Positions 1-8,901 of a DNA stretch of 32,000 nt are shown here, piece after piece (positions within the stretch are counted from its first letter, which is position 1; the number at the start of each line of letters is the position of its first letter). The notes beneath the pieces were generated by a model. The model saw only the letters and a program-made list of their open reading frames with translations. It was not told the origin of the DNA and ran no database searches. The translations under genes and the position numbers were made by a program. Where the stretch lies: positions 209,789 to 241,788 of the forward strand of contig JAMWCX010000001.1 of assembly GCA_023818895.1 (NCBI GenBank). Reading direction: 5' to 3'. The DNA is from Candidatus Omnitrophota bacterium (GTDB lineage: Bacteria; Omnitrophota; Gorgyraeia; 2-01-FULL-45-10).

Positions 1-233
1 GTCTCTATCCTTACGGTGTCGTCATATCTGGCCGGCGATTTGTACTGACAGGTTGCCTTGACCACCATCATGTAGACGCCCTTCTCTTCCAGTTTCCGAT
101 AGGATATCCCCTTTGATCGCAAATATTCGGTCCTGGCAACCTCGAACCACGTAAAATAGTTGGCATAATAGACGACCCCCATATTGTCGGTCTCTTGGTA
201 TCTGACACGTATCTCGGTTTCGTGTTTTTGCAT
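1..233 (-). CDS. acyl-CoA thioesterase, YbgC/4HBT hot-dog family (partial; C-terminus lies beyond the left window edge)
   Basis: The minus-strand ORF runs off the left edge, so it is absent from the ORF track. ATG at 233-231 has GAGGG 6 nt upstream. My translation is MQKHETEIRVRYQETDNMGVVYYANYFTWFEVARTEYLRSKGISYRKLEEKGVYMMVVKATCQYKSPARYDDTVRIE. This matches the N-terminal half of YbgC/4-hydroxybenzoyl-CoA-thioesterase-type proteins (ETD catalytic Asp context, VVYxxxYF). Confidence 0.75.
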   Translation of the reverse strand, partial: MQKHETEIRVRYQETDNMGVVYYANYFTWFEVARTEYLRSKGISYRKLEEKGVYMMVVKATCQYKSPARYDDTVRIE

Positions 234-282
234 TCCCAGCCCTCTTTTCACACGAAAAAATAGTAGGAAGTAGGATGTGGCG

Positions 283-744
283 CTAAAGTTTCAGCTCCAA
301 TTTATGTATGTTGAATCCGCTTACGCTAAGGCTCTCGGTCTCTTTAAACCCTTTTTTTGCGCAAAGTTTCATCGCGTCGGACATCCTGTCCGTACAACGA
401 AAGAACATTCTCTTGTAACCATTCTTTCTGCAGAAATCAACCGCCGTTTCGAGAAGCGCCTGGCCATAGCCGCAGCGCCTGTGTTTTGGGTCAACAAAAA
501 GCCTTCGTAATAGCGCGTCCTCGTCCGTTTCTTGCTTAACTCCAACAGTCCCTACTATATCACCATCCTCTTCAACAACGAAGAAGGCGTCCTTCGAGCC
601 TCCGTATGTTTCACCTATCCTATCGAGATCGCTATCCGAATACGCGGATTTGTCGAAAGGGTATTCTTTGGTCAGTATCGTAAGTATCAGATCTTTTACG
701 CCTTTGGCGTCTTCCGCTCGGAACGGGCGCAAAATGTGCGGCAT
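283..744 (-). CDS. GNAT family N-acetyltransferase
   Basis: 153-aa ORF. ATG 744 is preceded by AAGGAGG. RRLFVDPKHRRCGYGQALLETAVDFCRKNGYKRM is a classic GNAT motif A (R/QxxGxG/A acetyl-CoA loop). Confidence 0.8.
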   Translation of the reverse strand: MPHILRPFRAEDAKGVKDLILTILTKEYPFDKSAYSDSDLDRIGETYGGSKDAFFVVEEDGDIVGTVGVKQETDEDALLRRLFVDPKHRRCGYGQALLETAVDFCRKNGYKRMFFRCTDRMSDAMKLCAKKGFKETESLSVSGFNIHKLELKL

Positions 745-754
745 GACAACCTCC

Positions 755-1156
755 TTATAGGCCTCTTATCTTAACGATGACTTTCCTGCGGCGAGGTCCA
801 TCGAATTCGCAGAAAAATATACCCTGCCATGTTCCCAGCCGGAGATCACCGTCTTCTATAAATATGGTTTTGTCGACCCCGACAATCGTTGACTTAATAT
901 GCGCCGCGGCGTTTCCTTCCGAGTGTTCGTATTTACCTTCGGAAGGCATAACCGATTCCAGGCCTTTTATAATATCGCGCTTGACGCTGGGATCGGCGTT
1001 CTCGTTGATGGTTATACCGGCCGTTGTGTGCGGCACAAATAGATAACACACCCCTGACCTTACTTTAGAAGAACGCACCAGTTCTCGTATTTTTTCGGTT
1101 ATATCCACCAGCTCATTACGGTTGCGAGTGGAAACCTCTATCTCGTCCACCGTCAT
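755..1156 (-). CDS. yjbQ: YjbQ/UPF0047 family protein (secondary thiamine-phosphate synthase enzyme family)
   Basis: 133 aa. [27 protein letters not shown] and [18 protein letters not shown] are the conserved YjbQ blocks. The start ATG forms an ATGA overlap with the aroB stop (1153-1156). Confidence 0.85.
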   Translation of the reverse strand: MTVDEIEVSTRNRNELVDITEKIRELVRSSKVRSGVCYLFVPHTTAGITINENADPSVKRDIIKGLESVMPSEGKYEHSEGNAAAHIKSTIVGVDKTIFIEDGDLRLGTWQGIFFCEFDGPRRRKVIVKIRGL

Positions 1157-2244
1157 AACATTAGCGCCTTTAGTATTGTTTTGATCAATCTCTCCGGAAC
1201 GCCTTCCACTACTTTCGCAGAGCCTATCCTTACCGGCAGAATAAAGCGATTGGTTGCGTGGATAAACTTCTTGTCATGCGCAATGGCGCGGTATACAGAC
1301 CGGAAAGAAAGTCCGCTTATAGATACTGGCAGGCCGGCCTTCCTGATAAGCGATTCTATCTTTTGCGCGTCATGCCTATCCATGATGCCTAAAGAAACAG
1401 ACAGCCGCGAGGCGGCGACCATTCCTATGGCCACCGCCTCTCCGTGGTTGTATCTTTTTGAATAACCGCACGCCGCCTCGATAGCGTGGCCTATTGTGTG
1501 GCCATAGTTAAGTATTGCCCTTATACCTTTCTTGTCAAACTCATCTTTTGAAACTAACGAAGCTTTTATCCTGCTTGCCTTGGTTATCATGTATTCCAAA
1601 GCGGACGGCGAAAGCTGGCCGTGCCTTTCCAGATGATTTTGCAGAAACGAAAAGAGGCCCCGATCCTTTATGACTCCGTATTTTATTATCTCCGCCATCC
1701 CGTTTTTTAGCTGTCGCTGCGGCAGAGTTTTTAGAATAGATATATCTGATATAACTACTTTAGGTTGATAGAAAGCGCCCACGAGGTTCTTTGCGACTTT
1801 TAGGTCTATAGCGGTTTTGCCGCCTATGGCGGAATCTACCTGCGATAGAAGAGTTGTTGGCATCTGGACATATGGCACACCCCTTTTGTAGATCGCGGCA
1901 ACAAAACCAGCCAGATCGCCTACCACGCCGCCTCCAAATGCTATTATGAATATACGCCTGCGGACATCGTATTTTGCGATGCGGCTAAGGAGCCGGATCG
2001 CGACTTCGGCGGACTTCGCCTTCTCAGAATCTGGGACGGTTTCGAAATGAACGCTGAAACCGCTGTTTAGGAGAGATCTACTAATGGTTTTCCCATAGAG
2101 GCGCAAGAGTCGCGAGTTGGTTACGACGATAGTGTCTTTGCCGAGATCGAGGCGCTTCAAGAATGCGCCGCAATTTCGTAAAAGGCCTGACCCTATCAGA
2201 ATGTCGTAAGACCTCTCGCCTAAACTGACTCTTACTTTTTTCAT
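1153..2244 (-). CDS. aroB: 3-dehydroquinate synthase
   Basis: The ORF track extends to 2376, but AroB-like sequence begins at [18 protein letters not shown] (ATG at 2244-2242). Motifs include [15 protein letters not shown] (NAD-binding Gly-rich loop), GGKTAIDL, and the metal-ligand histidines in [11 protein letters not shown] and [10 protein letters not shown]. Confidence 0.9.
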   Translation of the reverse strand: MKKVRVSLGERSYDILIGSGLLRNCGAFLKRLDLGKDTIVVTNSRLLRLYGKTISRSLLNSGFSVHFETVPDSEKAKSAEVAIRLLSRIAKYDVRRRIFIIAFGGGVVGDLAGFVAAIYKRGVPYVQMPTTLLSQVDSAIGGKTAIDLKVAKNLVGAFYQPKVVISDISILKTLPQRQLKNGMAEIIKYGVIKDRGLFSFLQNHLERHGQLSPSALEYMITKASRIKASLVSKDEFDKKGIRAILNYGHTIGHAIEAACGYSKRYNHGEAVAIGMVAASRLSVSLGIMDRHDAQKIESLIRKAGLPVSISGLSFRSVYRAIAHDKKFIHATNRFILPVRIGSAKVVEGVPERLIKTILKALML

Positions 2245-2251
2245 TCGAATA

Positions 2252-2572
2252 TTATTTGGCTGGCTTCTTTGAATCCGGCGCGGATGGCTTTGCCGCATCC
2301 TTAGCCGGCGCTGCCTTCGCGGTAGCTTGGCTCGGAGCAGCGGCTTCTGCACCCGGCGCTGCCACAGCCCCTTCAACGCCCTCAGCGGCAGCCGCCTTTT
2401 CTTTCTTAACCTTAAATCGGGTGATTTTTACCTTCGGTAGGCCGTAGACAGAGTCCTCCTCCTCTTTCCATTTATCCTTCTCTTTCAGAAGTTTTATCCT
2501 TTCGTATCTCTTGAGTACTGACCTGTGCTGTTTATCCTTATCGGATGAGCGTAGGCTTGGATGTTGTGACAT
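2252..2572 (-). CDS. small basic protein family member with Ala/Pro/Lys-rich C-terminal extension
   Basis: 106 aa. ATG 2572 is preceded by AAGGAGGAG. The N-terminal ~57 aa (MSQHPSLRSS...HRSVLKRYERIKLLKEKDKWKEEEDSVYGLPKVK) resemble, from memory, the ~60-aa 'small basic protein' family of PVC-group bacteria. The remainder is the low-complexity tail KEKAAAAEGVEGAVAAPGAEAAAPSQATAKAAPAKDAAKPSAPDSKKPAK. Confidence 0.55.
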   Translation of the reverse strand: MSQHPSLRSSDKDKQHRSVLKRYERIKLLKEKDKWKEEEDSVYGLPKVKITRFKVKKEKAAAAEGVEGAVAAPGAEAAAPSQATAKAAPAKDAAKPSAPDSKKPAK

Positions 2573-2613
2573 TTCTCCTCCTTTTGAGTGTGGTGACTAA
2601 TGAATAATCAACC

Positions 2614-3270
2614 TCATCGTAATTTGATATAAGCATCCTTGTAGATCCTCTTTATCGCAGCCAGATCTTTTTCTATCTGGCTTCCCGACCTGTTGGCGTA
2701 TGACCCTGCGTAGACCCTGTAGTATGGCTCGTTGAACACCAGAAAGGCATCAAAAGACCTGTTGCGCAGCAAAGACACGGTCGCGTTCGCCGAGTCCTTG
2801 CTCCTGAATGTGGCAACTAGTATCGAATAAGGCTTTGAAGGATCCGCTGCCGATAGGTTTTTTGAATTTGTTTCAACAGATTTTGCCTTAGCCAAGGGTA
2901 CGCTCACCTGCGAAGTGTTCAGTATAGCCTTATTCGCTGTGGCGGTGATGTTATTATGCGCGATAGCAGGCGGTTGGACAACTCCGGCGGCCTGCATTGC
3001 CACGGCCGTGGTAGCCGTCGCCCTTACCGGTTGCGCCTTTTTTCTGGCAAGAGCTCTCGTACGGTCTTTGCCGCTTTCCACGCCAAGGGCGTAAACCACC
3101 ACCATCGCCATGACGATCCCTATCGATATAAATACGATCTTCTCCATCGTAAAAGTAAACGTCATGCGCCCTTCGAGATCGGCCTTAGGTAATATTTCAG
3201 AAAGCTTCGAAAAAGACCTTTTGGGCTGCTCGAATTCGAATAGCTCTTTTTGATATTTTTCTTCGTCCAT
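2614..3270 (-). CDS. SPOR domain-containing membrane protein (septal peptidoglycan binding)
   Basis: 218 aa with one TM helix (IVFISIGIVMAMVVVYALG) and an Ala/Thr-rich linker. The C-terminal ~75 aa (YSILVATFRSKDSANATVSLLRNRSFDAFLVFNEPYYRVYAGSYANRSGSQIEKDLAAIK) fit the SPOR beta-alpha-beta-beta repeat pattern. Confidence 0.7.
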   Translation of the reverse strand: MDEEKYQKELFEFEQPKRSFSKLSEILPKADLEGRMTFTFTMEKIVFISIGIVMAMVVVYALGVESGKDRTRALARKKAQPVRATATTAVAMQAAGVVQPPAIAHNNITATANKAILNTSQVSVPLAKAKSVETNSKNLSAADPSKPYSILVATFRSKDSANATVSLLRNRSFDAFLVFNEPYYRVYAGSYANRSGSQIEKDLAAIKRIYKDAYIKLR

Positions 3271-3292
3271 AATTCATATCTGATTTTTGCGT

Positions 3293-3321
3293 ATTATAAC
3301 ACAGGGACCGTTAAAATGCAA
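3293..3321 (-). promoter_or_regulatory. sigma70-like promoter with extended -10 (TTGCAT-N17-TGTTATAAT) upstream of the SPOR gene
   Basis: Read on the minus strand: TTGCAT (3321-3316), a 17-nt spacer ending in TGT, then TATAAT (3298-3293). It lies in the 63-nt gap between the stop at 3334 and the ATG at 3270. Confidence 0.45.
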
Positions 3322-3333
3322 TTCGAGAAGGGA

Positions 3334-4026
3334 CTATTCTTTGAGGCCGATGTTGAGTCGGAAAAGCCTGCCTGATACCTGTATCGAGGGGGTCGCATAA
3401 TTGCCCTCCAATTTGACAGAAAGGCTCTTCCATTTTCCTCCCTCATCTTTCAAGATCACGTTCGTTAGTTCCGGTGGTATCTTTGCTATAAGTTTGTCGG
3501 CAAAATATATAACTATGTCCGATTTGATGGTTCTATCGTCATTGAGGTCGCCGGTGAATGACATCATGAGATCGTCGCTTTTTGCCATAAGATTCTCTAG
3601 GCGTATGCCGCCTTTTTTCAGCTGTAGGCGGCCCCTAAGCTCCGGATATGTCCAGTCGCTACTGAAAGGTATGGCAAGCAGGCCGTCGAGATTATCGTAT
3701 GAGATAGGCTTCTCCACCGCCTTTTTCAGGAAATGGACTTTTTTGAAATTAAAGTCGATTATGGCACGGCGGATGTCGGCGCCGCTTAAGGATAGTCGTA
3801 TATCGGCATCTTCGGCAAAAATACCTATCCCGGTCTTTTTCTCGTTTATAGCAAAACCTTTAAAAACAAAAGAGGCCATGCCTCCTGTCTTGATTTCTCT
3901 GTACTCTATTTCTGTGTCGCTCATAGCCCCAAACACGAATACGGCTATCTGACCGTAAAAGATGTAAATCATAAGAAGCGAGAATGAAACGATTGCTATC
4001 CCCAGCAGATATCCTCGAAATCGCAT
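3334..4026 (-). CDS. hypothetical membrane-anchored protein (N-terminal TM helix, beta-rich body; weak AsmA-C-terminal-like tail)
   Basis: The ORF track starts at 4035, but AAGGGAG sits 9 nt upstream of the ATG at 4026 (MRFRGYLLGIAIVSFSLLMIYIF...). There is one N-terminal TM segment. The tail KSLSVKLEGNYATPSIQVSG resembles the end of AsmA-like proteins, from memory only. The gene overlaps the helicase 3' end by 31 nt. Confidence 0.45.
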   Translation of the reverse strand: MRFRGYLLGIAIVSFSLLMIYIFYGQIAVFVFGAMSDTEIEYREIKTGGMASFVFKGFAINEKKTGIGIFAEDADIRLSLSGADIRRAIIDFNFKKVHFLKKAVEKPISYDNLDGLLAIPFSSDWTYPELRGRLQLKKGGIRLENLMAKSDDLMMSFTGDLNDDRTIKSDIVIYFADKLIAKIPPELTNVILKDEGGKWKSLSVKLEGNYATPSIQVSGRLFRLNIGLKE

Positions 4027-7000
4027 CTTGAGCATCTCCCTTCATCGCGTTCTGGCAATTTTTCGAACCTCAAATTTTTTATATCGTTCCATGTCCTTTT
4101 TATTATATTCTCAAGCTCCGCTACCATGCCATCCGATATTTCCACAGTTTTTATGGCGTAATCACCTTTTTTAAAGCCTCTCATATTGGCAGTGACAGGC
4201 TCTACAAATACGAGCGTCCCACAACTTACCTTTCGCCCCTTATGCCGCCTCGGATCCTTTTCATATAGGAGCTTATATGAGATAAGCTGGCGCAGATAAC
4301 CATCACAGTTAGGGCTTGAAAGGTCGCGGCAAGAGTCTATGCTTTTAAGATGGTCGTCGGGTTTCCCGGTTTTGTAGTCTACTACTCTTACCTTTTTGGC
4401 GGCCTCATCATCCCACTCGACCTTATCGTATTTACCGGTAAAAATTATATTTTCTCCTATCGTAATCGTGAGCTTTCTTTCGAGATCTATCGGCATGACC
4501 GGGGATTTGGAGGTTGCCTCAAACCACCCTTTGAGCGTCTTCATCTTGTTAAGGCAGTCACGCCGCATGGCGCTATCAGCTCCCTGAAACATAAGTTCCT
4601 TTTCGAATTCTTTCGCGAAAAAACTGAAGGGAGGAAATTTTTTTGTAGTCCCATATAAGCGATATGTCTCTTCAAGTGCCTTATGAACGCAGTTGCCGAA
4701 AACCAGGCTTTTTTTCTTAGCGCCTGGAAGTTTCAGCACGTCATTATATAGAAACTTTCGACGGCAGGTTATATAATTATTAAGCCGCGTAGGATTAAGG
4801 GTAATATTAGACACCATATCTTTGAGAACTTCTTCGGTTCCTATGAAGGGATCTTTGCTGTCGGTAGATTCTACCGATCTTATTAGCAGCTCCTCTTCAT
4901 TGGTCATTTTGGGCGGAACTGGTTGGTCACGCAGCCCAAGTTTGTCCAGATACGAGGCTGGAACATCGTCTTCGGTCGGGCTTGCGGTAAATATAAGAAT
5001 AGATTTGGCGCGTGTCATAGCGACATAAAACAGCCGCGTCTCATCCTGCAAGGCAAGCCTTTTGAACGAATCTCTGTCGCGCATAGATTGTTTTGTTTTG
5101 AAAAGGTCGTAAGGCAGCGGAATCTTCTCCGGTATGGGTTTGGCAGGCCAGCTCTTGTCCTGCAGGCAAAACGGTATTATGACAGCCGAGAATTCCAATC
5201 CTTTAGAGCCATGGGCTGTATAGACCCTCACTCCCGCTTGTGTTAACGTTACCAGGTTCCCCTGTATAGGTATACCGTGGTTCTTTCGCATCTCCATCTC
5301 TGAGACCAGCTCGGACAATCTTATACCGGGATTCGCAAGGTCGCTTGACTTTATCATATTAATGAAAGATCCGATGGCGCGTAGCTGCCTTATCCGCAAC
5401 AGGGAGTTATCGTTGTATTCAGAAAGTATATGCCGGTAGATGCCGGCGTCCTTTATAAAATCAATAATCAGGGTGTGCGCAGGCGTGGTGGCAGCGCATG
5501 AGAGGAGTTTTTTTATTACAGAGGCCGCGGCCATAATGGATTCCGGTTTTTCAAAGGCCGGCATATCATTTGAGGAGGAAGATAAGCGAAGAAATTCCTC
5601 CAGCATAGTTAGTTCCCGTTGGGTCTTTCTCCTCTTCTCATTTACGAAGCTGAGGAAGCGCAGGATGTCAGCTTGGGGTATGTGTAAGTAATCCGCGGAA
5701 AGGACTTTGTAGAGGGCTAGGTCCTTAGACTCACTGTCTTTCGGATCGGCCTTAGCAAGCTCGAGCACATCGAGGAGCTGCATAACACGCGGTTCGGAGC
5801 TTATGTCTTCTTTGCCGTCAGTCGCGTAAGGTATGCCAGCCCGGAGAAACGCATCTATGATTTTAAGGATCTGCTCGCGTTTTCGCACGAGGATCGTTAT
5901 GTTGTTATAAGGATGCGAACGCTCATCATCGCTTAATGACGGATCGTTTGCTATCCTTTCTTTGAGCTCCTTTACCTTGTCGACTATGTATAGGAGCTCC
6001 TCTTCTTCGGTTGAGAACTCTTTGTAAGATATTTCTTTGGTGGTAGGCCGCCTAACGCCCTTGAGGGGTTTATCCTGGACGCGCTCGCCGATAGGAATCA
6101 GCTCTATTATCTTCTTTGAGGCGCCTATTAGGTCATCTGAGGACCTGTAGTTGTCTACAAGCGAAATCTTTTTTATTTCCGGAAACTTTTCTTCAATCAA
6201 CCTGAAATTGGCGATACTTGCGCCCTGGAAACGGTATATAGACTGGTCGTCATCTCCCACACAGCAGATGTTAGGGCGCTTGTAGTCAAGAAGCGTGAAG
6301 AGAAGCTCCAACTGAGCGCCGTTAGTGTCCTGATACTCGTCTACCATGATGTACTGATAAAGATTCTGGCATTCTCTACGCAGGGGCTCTTCGTGCTTTA
6401 AAGCTTCTGTCGCGTAAAGTATCATGTCGTCGAAGTCATACCGGCCTCTTTCGTCAAAGACCCCTTTCGTCTTGCCGGTCTTTATCTCCTCGTATCTTCT
6501 ATAAACGATGGAAAACGCAAGCAGTCTTTTTATATATCTCTCCTCCATCGACCGATAGTACGCGTCCTTTTTTTGAAGGTACTCTTCAAGATCGGAGGGA
6601 GTTATGCCGTCTTTTTTGAGATCGCTTATCTTTTTAAGGATTTCTTTCAGATATGTGTAAGGCGCCCTGAAAGGCCGTATCTCATCAAGAGAATCTGTAT
6701 TATCCAGTATGTACTGCACGGCCTTAGCTTGCTCTACCTCATTGATCGGTATTTTTTCGCCCACGTAATTAGCCGCCTCGGCCGATCCCTGCAGTATTGA
6801 ATTGGCGAAACTATGAAATGTGCCAACTTCGATATCATACCCCTGCGGCCCAACGATCATACCCAGCCGCTCCTTCATGGCCTTAGAGGCGGAATTGGTG
6901 TAGGTAAGTATCAATATATTCTCGGGCTTTGCGTCTGTATTGAAAAGTATCGAGGCGGCCCTGACAGAAAGAAGCTGAGTCTTGCCTGTTCCGGGACCGG

Positions 7001-7097
7001 CAAGAACAAGGAGTGGACCGTGGATGGTATCAACAGCCAGCTTCTGCTGGTTGTTGAGCTGCTCGTAGAATCGCATATAATCTTTCATGTCTTTCAA
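3996..7097 (-). CDS. UvrD/PcrA-type SF1 helicase fused to a C-terminal Cas4/AddB-type PD-(D/E)xK nuclease with a 4-Cys Fe-S motif
   Basis: 1033 aa. Helicase motifs are LAGPGTGKT (Walker A), VDEYQDTN (Walker B/II), VGDDDQSIYRFQGA, VDNYRS, TAHGSKGLEF and YVAMTRAK. The C-terminal nuclease has YITCRRKF (first Cys), GNCVHKALE, GKYDKVEW, VRVVDYKTGK (D...D/ExK), RQLISYKLL (QxxxY) and GRCSRCDFEDIC (CxxCx5C). The start is uncertain: TTG at 7097, or ATG at 7088 or 7076. Confidence 0.85.
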   Translation of the reverse strand: MKDMKDYMRFYEQLNNQQKLAVDTIHGPLLVLAGPGTGKTQLLSVRAASILFNTDAKPENILILTYTNSASKAMKERLGMIVGPQGYDIEVGTFHSFANSILQGSAEAANYVGEKIPINEVEQAKAVQYILDNTDSLDEIRPFRAPYTYLKEILKKISDLKKDGITPSDLEEYLQKKDAYYRSMEERYIKRLLAFSIVYRRYEEIKTGKTKGVFDERGRYDFDDMILYATEALKHEEPLRRECQNLYQYIMVDEYQDTNGAQLELLFTLLDYKRPNICCVGDDDQSIYRFQGASIANFRLIEEKFPEIKKISLVDNYRSSDDLIGASKKIIELIPIGERVQDKPLKGVRRPTTKEISYKEFSTEEEELLYIVDKVKELKERIANDPSLSDDERSHPYNNITILVRKREQILKIIDAFLRAGIPYATDGKEDISSEPRVMQLLDVLELAKADPKDSESKDLALYKVLSADYLHIPQADILRFLSFVNEKRRKTQRELTMLEEFLRLSSSSNDMPAFEKPESIMAAASVIKKLLSCAATTPAHTLIIDFIKDAGIYRHILSEYNDNSLLRIRQLRAIGSFINMIKSSDLANPGIRLSELVSEMEMRKNHGIPIQGNLVTLTQAGVRVYTAHGSKGLEFSAVIIPFCLQDKSWPAKPIPEKIPLPYDLFKTKQSMRDRDSFKRLALQDETRLFYVAMTRAKSILIFTASPTEDDVPASYLDKLGLRDQPVPPKMTNEEELLIRSVESTDSKDPFIGTEEVLKDMVSNITLNPTRLNNYITCRRKFLYNDVLKLPGAKKKSLVFGNCVHKALEETYRLYGTTKKFPPFSFFAKEFEKELMFQGADSAMRRDCLNKMKTLKGWFEATSKSPVMPIDLERKLTITIGENIIFTGKYDKVEWDDEAAKKVRVVDYKTGKPDDHLKSIDSCRDLSSPNCDGYLRQLISYKLLYEKDPRRHKGRKVSCGTLVFVEPVTANMRGFKKGDYAIKTVEISDGMVAELENIIKRTWNDIKNLRFEKLPERDEGRCSRCDFEDICWG

Positions 7098-7113
7098 CGG
7101 TCGGGCCGGGTAC

Positions 7114-7383
7114 TTATGAAGGCTTTGACTGCTCCAATATCTTGGCTATCTTTGAGATTAGCTTTGCGTCACGCGTGTAGCTGTAGCCGGTGGTGGAGGT
7201 GGTTCGGTGGGCTATCAGAATCTGAAGTTTGACCAAATCCTCGAGAGCCCGCTTCACTTTCAGGCGGTCCTCTCCTATCCATGTTGCGACACCACGGGGC
7301 GTATCTATGGACGCCTGGTTCTCGTGAAAGAACCTTAATATTTTTAGGTGAATATTTGATTTACGCAGCCCTGCCAGGTCCAT
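7114..7383 (-). CDS. small winged-helix (wHTH)-like protein, function unknown
   Basis: The track start at 7398 is a TTG. The ATG at 7383 has AAGGA 5-6 nt upstream and gives 89 aa (MDLAGLRKSNIHLKILRFFHENQASIDTPRGVATWIGEDRLKVKRALEDLVKLQILIAHRTTSTTGYSYT). The helix-turn-helix plus beta-wing pattern suggests a wHTH. The gene overlaps the HD-GYP gene 3' end by 23 nt. Confidence 0.45.
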   Translation of the reverse strand: MDLAGLRKSNIHLKILRFFHENQASIDTPRGVATWIGEDRLKVKRALEDLVKLQILIAHRTTSTTGYSYTRDAKLISKIAKILEQSKPS

Positions 7384-8890
7384 ATAGTTCCTTTTCAAGG
7401 AGCGCTCTAATGTCCTTTTTCTTTAATACCTTCAGAAACGCTTCAACAACTTTAGGGTCAAACTGCGTGCCGGCATTAGCCTTGATCTCTTCCGTTGCCT
7501 CTCCCAGCGTCTTAGCAACCCTGTATGGTTTCTTGGTTATCATGGCCTCGAAGGCGCTTACCACCGCCATTATGCGCGCTCCGAGAGGGATCATATCCTT
7601 CTTCAGGCCTTTGGGATATCCGCTGCCGTCATAGTTTTCATGATGGTATAGTATTATTGGCGTAGCGGATTTGAGTGCTTTCATATGTTTTATTATCGCC
7701 ACTCCGGCGGCAGGATGTTCCTTTACCATTTCATATTCCTCTCCGGTGAGTTTTGCCGGCTTGGCCAGGACCTCCTCCGGCACGAAGATCTCGCCGGCAT
7801 CATGGAGGATCGAGGCATATTCAAGGCTTTTCAGTTCGTCCTCATCCATGTGCATCTGTTGGCCTATAGCCATAGCTATCTTCACGAATGAGGTGCGCGG
7901 TATATAGGTACCAGGCGCTCTTGTGTCGAGGACCTTGGCCAGAGACTTTATCGTTCCCATCGTAAGCTTTTCTTGCTCCTTATAAAGCTGAGCGTTCTTT
8001 ATGGCTATGACGGCTTGTTCCGCCAGCGTAGACATGATTTCCTGGTCGAAGGTGGTAAATGGTTTTTTGTCCAGTTTGTCGTAAAGCGTAATCACGCCTA
8101 TTACGTCTTCATCTATTAGGGGTGTGGCAAGATAGTCGCGACCGCGTATAGGTCTTCCGAATTTGACAGCCTTGCCCGGCGCCCACCTTCCAACCCGCAC
8201 CTTTTTTAGACGTATGTTCTTCTGTCTGAGGTCAACCGTCACTTTGGGCAACAGTACTTTTCTCTTCGAGTCCACCAGTTTTATAGAACACCTCTGCGCC
8301 CGCATTATCTGCAAAGACAGCCGGGCGATACGCGGTAGCAGCTCGTTAAAGTCGAGGGTCGAGCTGATAAGCCTGTGAACTGTATGGACTGTCGAGAGCG
8401 CTATAGCGCGGGGGCGGAGAGTTTCGTAGAGCTTTGATAGCTCCATCTCTTTTTGCGCCTCTTTTATGATGGTATCGAGGAAGGCGGAAAATATTTGGAG
8501 TATTTGCGTGGAAATATCCTTCTTGCGGTAGCAACCGCCGACATACCCGTATATTTTATCTGCCTGTGCGATGGCGCTTACAAAACCGTGCAGGCCTTCT
8601 TCACAGTCGAACTTTATAATTGTCTTCTCTTCGGCCGCTCTCGTTATCACGCCAAGGATATTCTTAGCGCATTTTTTTATCTTTCGGCGCTGCAGCCCTT
8701 TTTCGAGCGGGCACTTACGGCATATGACCTCTTCGACATCCTGTAAAGATGGCTTTCTTTTTTCGAGCAGCCACCAGCTTGCCCCCTTTATAACGCGGGC
8801 AAAGCACTCTTCAGCCCTTTTCAGGCTCTGGCTCTTTCGAAGCCTGTCAAAAAGTTCTTTCTGGTATGCGTGATTTTTGGTGTTTTCCAT
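7361..8890 (-). CDS. HD-GYP domain phosphodiesterase with GAF domain and Cys-rich PocR-like N-terminal sensor region
   Basis: 509 aa. The C-terminal HD-GYP has ILHDAGEIFVP (HD) and HHENYDGSGYPKGL (GYP). The central GAF-like region reads RCSIKLVD...LATPLIDEDVIGVITLYDK. The N-terminus (CRKCPLEK...KCAKN...FDCEEGLHGFVSAIAQADKIYGYVGGC) is reminiscent of the PocR sensory domain, from memory. Confidence 0.85.
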   Translation of the reverse strand: MENTKNHAYQKELFDRLRKSQSLKRAEECFARVIKGASWWLLEKRKPSLQDVEEVICRKCPLEKGLQRRKIKKCAKNILGVITRAAEEKTIIKFDCEEGLHGFVSAIAQADKIYGYVGGCYRKKDISTQILQIFSAFLDTIIKEAQKEMELSKLYETLRPRAIALSTVHTVHRLISSTLDFNELLPRIARLSLQIMRAQRCSIKLVDSKRKVLLPKVTVDLRQKNIRLKKVRVGRWAPGKAVKFGRPIRGRDYLATPLIDEDVIGVITLYDKLDKKPFTTFDQEIMSTLAEQAVIAIKNAQLYKEQEKLTMGTIKSLAKVLDTRAPGTYIPRTSFVKIAMAIGQQMHMDEDELKSLEYASILHDAGEIFVPEEVLAKPAKLTGEEYEMVKEHPAAGVAIIKHMKALKSATPIILYHHENYDGSGYPKGLKKDMIPLGARIMAVVSAFEAMITKKPYRVAKTLGEATEEIKANAGTQFDPKVVEAFLKVLKKKDIRALLEKELYGPGRAA

Positions 8891-8901
8891 TATAATAAGT
8901 G

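Noticed and set aside
2245-2376. A 44-codon N-terminal extension of the aroB ORF (MKGLWQRRVQKPLLRAKLPRRQRR...) that overlaps the small-basic-protein gene.
   Set aside because: The extension is an Arg-rich out-of-frame reading of the GC-rich Ala/Pro/Lys tail region. AroB homology starts at the internal ATG at 2244. The upstream frame is best explained as an open frame by chance.
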